Source: Candidatus Magasanikbacteria bacterium CG_4_10_14_0_2_um_filter_37_12 (GTDB taxonomy: Bacteria > Patescibacteriota > Patescibacteriia > Magasanikbacterales > UBA922). Taken from it: DNA of 41,258 nt. Shown here in pieces: positions 34,949-41,258 of the stretch (its first letter is position 1; each line of letters begins with the position of its first letter). Under the pieces are notes generated by a model. It was not told the DNA's origin, searched no databases, and saw only the letters and a program-made list of their open reading frames with translations. Position numbers and translations under genes: made by a program. Where the stretch lies: positions 1 through 41,258 of the forward strand of contig PFPK01000029.1 of assembly GCA_002793015.1 (NCBI GenBank), read 5' to 3'.

Positions 34949-35216
34949 TTATTTTTGACCAATAACACGCAAAGGATCAACGTGTATGGTAACCAAAGCA
35001 TCCTCTCCAAATTTGTCGCATAAATTCTTTTTATATATATGTTCTATGTCATGAGCCAAAATCAGAAAAAGAATGAACAGCGTCCGCTATCATGGTGTCG
35101 CTCTTACCAAATATACCAGCACACAATTTAAAAATAGTTAAAATTATATTTACAATCATTCCGTGCCATGTCACCTTCTGAGCCTTGTATTTACGATTAG
35201 ACAAATTTGTATTCAT
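34949..35216 (-). pseudogene. Cation diffusion facilitator (CDF) transporter remnant: N- and C-terminal ends only, in different frames
   Basis: The ATG at 35216 opens MNTNLSNRKYKAQKVTWHGMIVNIILTIFKLCAGIFGKSDTMIADAVHSFSDFGS*, a CDF TM1-TM2 with the ADAvHSxsD motif. In another frame, 35056-34949 reads AHDIEHIYKKNLCDKFGEDALVTIHVDPLRVIGQK*, a CDF C-terminal end (vtIHvdP). The roughly 200 aa in between are missing. Confidence 0.7.
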
Positions 35217-35225
35217 AGAATTTTA

Positions 35226-36068
35226 TTATAAAAAGTATACAATAATAATAAAAATTCCTACAACAACCCGATAAACAACAAATGGCATAAAACTCCACTT
35301 CTGAATAATCTTCATCAGGCCTGAAATAGCAACCAAGCCACTAAGGGCAGAAGCCAAAAATCCGATACTCAAAACTACAATACTCAAATCACCAAGACCA
35401 TTTTGCCACAATTCAATTATTTTCAAAAACCCCGCCAACGCAATGACAGGAACACTCATAAAAAAAGAAAATTCAGCAACTGATTTCTTATCAAGTTTGG
35501 TCAACAACCCTGCAGTCATGGTGATGCCGGACCTGCTTGTTCCCGGAATCAAAGCAACAGCTTGGGCACAACCAATAAATAATACATTTTTCCAACCTAA
35601 CATTCCCAAAGACTTTTGGTTCTCAATTTTCAACCTTCGACTATATTTATCTGCAAAACCAAGCACTATTCCCCAAAATATCAAGCTTACGCCAATCACA
35701 ACTGGCGAACGTAAACTAGTTTCTATCCAATCACCAAAAAGTAGGCCAACAATTCCGGCTGGAATAATCGAAAGAACAATCAACCACCCGAGCTTGCAAT
35801 CTATCATTTTTGATTCATAATCTTTCATTTCTAACTCTTTTTTTCTGACAAGAAAAAACACAGCTTTTAAAATGTTCCACAACTTTTTACGAAAAAAAAT
35901 AATCAAAGCCAGCAAAGTTCCCAAATGCATTACCACATCAAAGGCTAGGCCTTGATCAGCCCAACCAAAAAATTCTGGTAAAAAAATAAGATGACCAGAA
36001 GAAGATACTGGTAAAAATTCAGTAAGGCCTTGAATCACCCCAAGGAAAATTGATTGCGTAATTACCAT
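35226..36068 (-). CDS. uppP: Undecaprenyl-diphosphate phosphatase (UppP/BacA)
   Basis: 280 aa and polytopic. GLTEFLPVSSSGHL and PGTSRSGITM motifs. Confidence 0.93.
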   Translation of the reverse strand: MVITQSIFLGVIQGLTEFLPVSSSGHLIFLPEFFGWADQGLAFDVVMHLGTLLALIIFFRKKLWNILKAVFFLVRKKELEMKDYESKMIDCKLGWLIVLSIIPAGIVGLLFGDWIETSLRSPVVIGVSLIFWGIVLGFADKYSRRLKIENQKSLGMLGWKNVLFIGCAQAVALIPGTSRSGITMTAGLLTKLDKKSVAEFSFFMSVPVIALAGFLKIIELWQNGLGDLSIVVLSIGFLASALSGLVAISGLMKIIQKWSFMPFVVYRVVVGIFIIIVYFL

Positions 36069-36082
36069 AATTACATTTTACC

Positions 36083-36128
36083 AAAAAAACAAACAAAAAA
36101 CCACCTCAGTAGCTACCGAGATGGTTTT
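36083..36128 (-). terminator. Rho-independent terminator of metK
   Basis: Minus strand: AAAACCATCTC-GGTAGCTACT-GAGGTGGTTTT (one mismatch) followed by TTGTTTGTTTTTTT. Confidence 0.8.
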
Positions 36129-36144
36129 AAAACAAAATTAATTA

Positions 36145-37296
36145 CTACTTGACCTTCTCAATCAACTCTCCTACCTTATCTATATTTTCCCAAGGAAATT
36201 CATCTCTACCAAAATGGCCGTAGACAGCTGTAGCTCGATAGATTGGACGCTTCAAGTCTAATGTCCTTATAATTCCGGCTGGAGTGAGATCAAATACTTC
36301 TCGCACCGCTAATTCTAATTTTTCGTTGTCAACTTTACCAGTCCCAAAGGTATCGACTAGCACACTAACTGGTTCTGGGTAGCCAATAGCATAAGATAGC
36401 TGAACCTCACATCTGTCAGCCAAATCAGCGGCCACAATATTTTTGGCAACATAACGAGCCATATAAGCTCCAGAACGATCTTGCTTATTTGGCACTTTAC
36501 CAGAAAACGCTCCTCCACCATGGCGACCCATGCCACCATAAGTATCCACAATAATCTTTCTGCCTGTCAAACCTGTATCGCCATGTGGCCCGCCAATAAC
36601 AAACTTACCAGTTTCATTGATATAAAACTTGGTATTTTCATCAATAAATTCTCCACAAACTGGGATAATTACTTTATCCTTGATATCTTTCCTAAGCTGT
36701 TCCAAATCCATATCATCATGCTGAGCTGCAATCACTACTGCATCCACTCTCTTTGGTTTGTCATCTTCATATTCGATTGTGACTTGGCTTTTACCATCTG
36801 GACGAAGGTATGGCAATGTTTTATTTTTTCGTACTTCGGCCAATTTTTTGGTCAAGCCATGAGCCAACATGATTGGCAAAGGCATCAACTCTTGTGTTTC
36901 TTTACAAGCATAACCAAACATCATCCCTTGATCACCTGCACCTTGAGCTTTGTGAGGATGTCCTTCTGCTTCTTTTTCTCCCATCGCAATTTCTGGACTC
37001 TGCTCGTCAACAGCCACCATCACCCCACAACTCTTGGCATCAATTCCAAAATCGTCATCTATGTAGCCAATATCAGTAAGAACACCACGAACAATCCCAG
37101 GAATATCAACGTAAGTTTTGGTAGTAATCTCACCACCAACAACAACTAATCCTGTGGTCGTGAACACTTCACAACAGCAAGCTCCATCAGGGTCGTCTTT
37201 GAGAACAGCGTCAAGAACAGCATCAGAAATCTGGTCACAAATTTTATCTGGATGACCTTCTGTAACAGACTCTGAAGTAAAAAAATGTTTTTCCAT
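36145..37296 (-). CDS. metK: S-adenosylmethionine synthetase
   Basis: 383 aa. [33 protein letters not shown] and GGGAFSGK motifs. Confidence 0.98.
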   Translation of the reverse strand: MEKHFFTSESVTEGHPDKICDQISDAVLDAVLKDDPDGACCCEVFTTTGLVVVGGEITTKTYVDIPGIVRGVLTDIGYIDDDFGIDAKSCGVMVAVDEQSPEIAMGEKEAEGHPHKAQGAGDQGMMFGYACKETQELMPLPIMLAHGLTKKLAEVRKNKTLPYLRPDGKSQVTIEYEDDKPKRVDAVVIAAQHDDMDLEQLRKDIKDKVIIPVCGEFIDENTKFYINETGKFVIGGPHGDTGLTGRKIIVDTYGGMGRHGGGAFSGKVPNKQDRSGAYMARYVAKNIVAADLADRCEVQLSYAIGYPEPVSVLVDTFGTGKVDNEKLELAVREVFDLTPAGIIRTLDLKRPIYRATAVYGHFGRDEFPWENIDKVGELIEKVK

Positions 37297-37309
37297 AAAA
37301 AATAAAGCT

Positions 37310-37495
37310 TACGAGGCCTATTCGGCCTTCAAGGCTCACAACAGAAATCACTCAATCAAAAAATCAAGCTAGATAAACTTTGTAAGTCTGAATTTTCCAA
37401 ATGAAGATAGGTATTCCGATTTGATCGGAAACGAACGTTGTTGAGTAGTAATCATGTTATCGACCTACACATGATAAGACCAGCCAACAACGAGC
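37310..37495 (-). promoter_or_regulatory. Structured 5' leader of metK (candidate cis-regulatory RNA, class unassigned)
   Basis: On the metK strand, an 8-9 bp helix (37485-37492 with 37436-37443) encloses a 7-bp hairpin (37469-37475 / 37451-37457). A perfect 7-bp hairpin TTCCGAT-CAA-ATCGGAA follows (37414-37430). A GC hairpin (37313-37329) then lies close to a U-run and the ATG. Confidence 0.35.
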
Positions 37496-37564
37496 ACCAT
37501 TTTCTTTTGGATGAATAAGTAAATTAGTTATCAAAGTTAATAATTAATTCAATAAACCAATTTG

Positions 37565-37646
37565 TGGGCCGGGAAGGATTTGAACCTTCGAAGGCGAAGC
37601 CAGTGGATTTACAGTCCACCCCATTTGACCGCTTTGGTACCGACCC
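37565..37646 (-). tRNA. tRNA-Tyr (GUA), CCA not encoded
   Basis: The reverse complement is GGGTCGGTACCAAAGCGGTCAAATGGGGTGGACTGTAAATCCACTGGCTTCGCCTTCGAAGGTTCAAATCCTTCCCGGCCCA. It has a 7-bp acceptor stem, anticodon loop CTGTAAA, a long variable arm and T-loop TTCAAAT, and closely parallels E. coli tRNA-Tyr. The 3' end is followed by CAA, not CCA. Confidence 0.93.
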
Positions 37647-37775
37647 ATATTGTTAAATTTATAATTTACAATTTGAAATTTTCAAACAATACCTTAATTT
37701 TTAATTGTTTAATAAAATAAACAAGTTTAAAAATTAATTTATTTAAAATTAAAAATTTCAAATTGCAAATTATCG

Positions 37776-37851
37776 TGGAGCCAACTCGGGGACTCGAACC
37801 CCGGACCGATGGTTTACAAAACCATTGCTCTACCAGCTGAGCTAAGTTGGC
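37776..37851 (-). tRNA. tRNA-Thr (UGU), CCA encoded
   Basis: The reverse complement is GCCAACTTAGCTCAGCTGGTAGAGCAATGGTTTTGTAAACCATCGGTCCGGGGTTCGAGTCCCCGAGTTGGCTCCA. It folds as a canonical cloverleaf with anticodon TGT. Confidence 0.95.
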
Positions 37852-37943
37852 ATGTCTTCGTCCCGACTTTATCGAGACTACGCCGTATGAGCCATAATCT
37901 ATTAGATCACACGGCAAACTAATAACCTATTAACTAAATCTAC

Positions 37944-38855
37944 CTAAATCAAAGATATTTTATCTTTCAGTATCTCCAGCTTCTTGTTTTCTGGATTGAC
38001 CATCCTCAACTGTTGATAAACATCTTCGGCCAATTTCCGATTCCCAACCATTATACTTGCTTCAATCAATTTGTCAAGATATTTGGGGTTATCTGGTTCT
38101 AGCTCCACAGCTTGACTAATTGCTTCAAGAGCACTATCTTTTTCGTTTAATTTTAACAACAATTCGTGTATTTTTACAAAAAAATCAGGTGTATTGTCTT
38201 TGATCATTACAGCTTGCTGGTAGTACATTACAGCATCCTCCAAGCTATCTTGTTGCTCGCTAATCTCTGCCAATTTGATAAATATTGACTCATTCTCTGG
38301 GTCGAACTGAAGAAGAAATTTGTATGTCTCCTTGGCCTCATCTAGTTGTTCTTGAACAAAGTAGACATCGGCCAACCCTTTATAAGCTTCTTTATTTTTT
38401 GTGTCCCGTTTGATAATAGCAATATATATTTTTTCAGCCTCTTGCCATTCTCTCTGGGCTACTGCGTTGTTAGCCTCATTCAACAAATTCCTGACAACGT
38501 CTACCCCTAAGACACCTGCCACACCACCAAAATCTTTATTTTTTTCTTCTGCCAAAACGTCACTCTTGATCTTACCAACGTATTGTCGAAATGACAGTTG
38601 TAATTTACCCCATTTTTGAACCAATGGCAAAACACGCTTCTTCCAAACACTGTCCTTTTCTGTAGACTTTTTCTTTACTCTGCCCATGATAATTTCGTCT
38701 TTTTTCCTTTCTTCTTTTGCATCTGGGATAGTATCCACATCAAGAAGACTGAGTTGGGGAAATTTGCGTACAATAAGTATGACTAGCGACGATATAGACA
38801 GAATTATCAAAATAAATGGGATTATATCGAGCATATTTTTACTAAAGATTTTCAA
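37944..38855 (-). CDS. Membrane-anchored TPR-repeat protein
   Basis: 303 aa. N-terminal TM helix IIPFILIILSISSLVILIV. The C-terminal half has several TPR-like repeats (W.EAEKIYIAIIKRD..N.EAYKGLADVY..., LEDAVMYYQQAV...). Confidence 0.75.
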   Translation of the reverse strand: MKIFSKNMLDIIPFILIILSISSLVILIVRKFPQLSLLDVDTIPDAKEERKKDEIIMGRVKKKSTEKDSVWKKRVLPLVQKWGKLQLSFRQYVGKIKSDVLAEEKNKDFGGVAGVLGVDVVRNLLNEANNAVAQREWQEAEKIYIAIIKRDTKNKEAYKGLADVYFVQEQLDEAKETYKFLLQFDPENESIFIKLAEISEQQDSLEDAVMYYQQAVMIKDNTPDFFVKIHELLLKLNEKDSALEAISQAVELEPDNPKYLDKLIEASIMVGNRKLAEDVYQQLRMVNPENKKLEILKDKISLI

Positions 38856-39582
38856 TTTCTTTTATAACTGCTAAAAAAGTATCCAATTTTGTGGAAGCTC
38901 CACCAACAAGCACTCCTGCCACGATATCTTGTGACAAATATGATACCACATTTTCTGCCTTTACACTACCGCCGTATAAAACAGGCGCATACGCTTCAAA
39001 ATATTGTTTAACTTCATTTGTAATGAATTTAGCAATCTTAAAAACTTCATCTGGCAAACAAGCATCACCAGTCCCAATTGCCCAGACTGGTTCATAAGCA
39101 ATAATTAATTCATTACCGCCAAGTTCCAAATTTTCAAATGCCTTCATCAATTGTTTTTTCAAACGATATTCTGTCTTCCCTTCTTCTCGATCTTCCTTTG
39201 TTTCGCCAATACAAAGTACTGGTGTCAAACCAGCATCAAGACAAGCTGACAATTTTTTGTGAGTATCTTCATCACTTTCTCCAAAAACATATCTACGCTC
39301 GGAGTGACCAACCAAGGCATATTTGCAACCGACGTTCTTATAAAATTCTGCAGAAGTCCCGCCAGTGTAGGCTCCTCTAGGAGTCCAGTTGACAGTCTGA
39401 GCCCCAACTTCAATAGGAGAATCTTGAACAGCCTTAATCACTTCACTACAAGACAAAGCATTTGGGAAAAAAGCCAAATTTATTTTTTCCAAATTAAAAT
39501 CTTCTTGTAAAAGCTGGTTGGTTAAAATCATCGTCTCGTCAAAATCTAAATACATTTTCCAATTGGCAAAGATGTGTTTCAT
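38842..39582 (-). CDS. tpiA: Triosephosphate isomerase
   Basis: 246 aa. ANWKM, GHSERR and AYEPVWAIGTG motifs. It overlaps the downstream TPR gene by 14 nt. Confidence 0.95.
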   Translation of the reverse strand: MKHIFANWKMYLDFDETMILTNQLLQEDFNLEKINLAFFPNALSCSEVIKAVQDSPIEVGAQTVNWTPRGAYTGGTSAEFYKNVGCKYALVGHSERRYVFGESDEDTHKKLSACLDAGLTPVLCIGETKEDREEGKTEYRLKKQLMKAFENLELGGNELIIAYEPVWAIGTGDACLPDEVFKIAKFITNEVKQYFEAYAPVLYGGSVKAENVVSYLSQDIVAGVLVGGASTKLDTFLAVIKEIENL

Positions 39583-39622
39583 ATTTTTAGATAAAATTTA
39601 GATATTTATATTTTATAATCTA

Positions 39623-40891
39623 TTAAAATTCAACATCTTTGGCTTCCACATCTCCAATAATCGCCACTCTCATTTTATTCATTTTGAAAATCTGTTTAGC
39701 CACGTTCATGACATCCTCATTAGTCACTCGATCAATTTCAGCAAGTTTTTGTTCTGGAGTTTTTATTTTATCTATATACAACGCTTGTCCTACATACCAG
39801 TTGGCCTGTGTGCTAGAATCCTCCATCGACAATGTTAATCCTCCACGAATATTAGATTTTGCATCAGCCAGTTCTCTTTTGCTGGCACCTTTTTGCATAA
39901 TTTTTTTCATTTCCTTTTTCATTACAGCAATAGCTTTGTTAATATTTTTCACTTCCAAACCAGCCCGCACGTAGCTATACCCTGCATCTCGAAACTGTTC
40001 TGCTCCACTGCGTACAAAATATGCCAACCCACGACGTTCACGAATCTGAATAAATAATCTGGAACTCATTGAACCACCTAAAATGTTATTCATTACAGAG
40101 GCTGCCACATTTCTTTTGTCACCATATTTGAAAGCTTGGAAACCAAGCATCATCTGAGCTTGATCAGTCTCTTTCTTAGATACAAAAATTCTATCCTTTT
40201 TTGCTTCTGGTCCAAAACAAAATGGCTTAAATTTTTTATCTCTGCCGCAGGTTGGGTGTTTGGATTTTTCAGCACCAAAATATTTATCCAAATATTTCTT
40301 AGTGTCTTCGCTTACTGCCCCAGAAACAACAATGTACATATTGCTAGAATCGTAATATTTATCTCTAAACTGAAGTACTTCTGGACGTTTGTAGCTCATG
40401 ACATGTTTTTCTGTTCCTGCAATATCACGACCAAGCGGACAACCTGCAAATATCAAATCTTCAAACAAGTTATCAATATTCATCATCGGATTGTCTTTGT
40501 ACATCCGGATCTCTTCAACAATTGGACCTTTTTCTCTTTCCATTTCTTTTGGATCAAATTTGGAATTAAAAAGCATGTCTGACAAAATATCAATGGATAT
40601 CTCAGAGTATTTCTTATCAGTCTTTATATAATAACCAGTATACTCTTTGCCAGTAAAGGCATTGTAGTGGGCGCCAAGACGATCAATCTCCCGAGTCAAA
40701 ATCAGAGTGTTTTTTCTACTTTTCGTCCCCTTGAACATCATGTGTTCAATGTAGTGTGATACTCCGGCTAATTTCTCTGGTTCATAGCGTGATCCGACAG
40801 GATACATGACAAGCACAGTTACAGACTGGGCGTCTTTTTGGGGGACGAGATAAACATTAGCTTTATTTTTTAGTTGATATTTTTCGTACAT
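39623..40891 (-). CDS. M16-family (pitrilysin/insulinase-like) zinc peptidase
   Basis: 422 aa. Inverted zinc motif HxxEH (SHYIEHMMFKGT) and a two-domain M16 layout. Confidence 0.88.
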   Translation of the reverse strand: MYEKYQLKNKANVYLVPQKDAQSVTVLVMYPVGSRYEPEKLAGVSHYIEHMMFKGTKSRKNTLILTREIDRLGAHYNAFTGKEYTGYYIKTDKKYSEISIDILSDMLFNSKFDPKEMEREKGPIVEEIRMYKDNPMMNIDNLFEDLIFAGCPLGRDIAGTEKHVMSYKRPEVLQFRDKYYDSSNMYIVVSGAVSEDTKKYLDKYFGAEKSKHPTCGRDKKFKPFCFGPEAKKDRIFVSKKETDQAQMMLGFQAFKYGDKRNVAASVMNNILGGSMSSRLFIQIRERRGLAYFVRSGAEQFRDAGYSYVRAGLEVKNINKAIAVMKKEMKKIMQKGASKRELADAKSNIRGGLTLSMEDSSTQANWYVGQALYIDKIKTPEQKLAEIDRVTNEDVMNVAKQIFKMNKMRVAIIGDVEAKDVEF

Positions 40892-40958
40892 ATTTTTTTA
40901 TGTCATCCCAAGTGTTAGCGAGGAATTTTTCTTAATTTGAATTATACTTATATTAAAT

Positions 40959-41201
40959 TCACTCTTCATCATTTGTTAATTTGACTCGATTACCATATTC
41001 CTTTTTCCACACTTTGCGACCGTCCCTGTTCTTTTCTTTTGGTTTATACGTACTCACAATATCACCAAATTTTTGATTCCACTCGTCTTCAGAAAGTCCC
41101 GAAGATCCCATATAAAGATTTTGTACTATACGATGGGTAAAATGAGAACCACTCTCTCCAAGGGCAGTATAATAAGCAATAGACCTGTTGCCTTTTAAAT
41201 A
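40959..41201 (-). other. Start-less open frame (possible gene fragment or 50-aa small protein)
   Basis: The stop-to-stop frame reads HFYLKGNRSIAYYTALGESGSHFTHRIVQNLYMGSSGLSEDEWNQKFGDIVSTYKPKEKNRDGRKVWKKEYGNRVKLTNDEE*. The only ATG is at 41111 (giving 50 aa). No family recognised. Confidence 0.25.
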
Positions 41202-41258
41202 AAAATGTTACAATGTAGTTATCTTAAAAATAAATAACTACAGATATGATAAACGTTC

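Noticed and set aside
37666-37917. 83-aa minus-strand ORF spanning the tRNA region.
   Set aside because: It reads straight through tRNA-Thr and the AT-rich inter-tRNA spacer. The tRNA cloverleaf explains the sequence.
1-41258. Alternative genetic code (UGA recoded as Gly or Trp, as in some CPR lineages and mycoplasmas).
   Set aside because: All conserved genes translate full-length with the standard code. Their ends match expected protein termini, with TAA or TAG stops. The only TGA stops noted are in the two pseudogene fragments.

Overview
This is a gene-dense, visibly AT-rich bacterial chromosome segment. I call about 38 protein genes, 2 tRNAs and no rRNA or CRISPR array. Most of it is housekeeping. 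The plus strand carries corA, murJ, lepA, recJ and an RNase HI gene. The minus strand carries uvrB, a beta-CASP RNase, a long heat-shock locus, an SPFH gene, yidC, cca, gpsA, uppP, metK, tRNA-Thr and tRNA-Tyr, a TPR gene, tpiA and an M16 peptidase. The heat-shock locus runs hrcA-grpE-hsp20-dnaK, then four inserted genes, then dnaJ. Several features suggest a reduced-genome, Patescibacteria/CPR-like organism, but this is inference, not proof:
- a short HrcA;
- almost no Shine-Dalgarno sequences;
- many small lipoproteins with T/N/E-rich linkers;
- a 1616-aa SBBP/FN3 surface protein;
- decaying genes (an ISL3 transposase remnant and a CDF transporter remnant).

The least explained region is 20.3-22.5 kb. 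It is an AT-rich, self-contained three-gene cassette made of an orphan 333-aa protein, a RadC-like JAB protein and a toxin-less Phd/YefM-like antitoxin. A strong terminator lies upstream, and the cassette has its own promoter embedded in a 12-8-12 palindrome. I flag it as the best candidate for an undescribed TA-like or defence-like module.

Other points worth a second look:
- two A10/T10 homopolymer tracts that set the reading frame at gene boundaries; one decides whether a lipoprotein has a complete signal peptide;
- a GC-rich 13-bp-armed palindrome inserted in-frame in uvrB;
- a CIRCE operator that abuts the hrcA start codon;
- short phased repeats in several 5' leaders (dnaJ, lepA, murJ, dnaK);
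- a structured 268-nt leader upstream of metK;
- a small family of hairpin repeats.

All calls come from reading the sequence and the ORF track. No database search was run.
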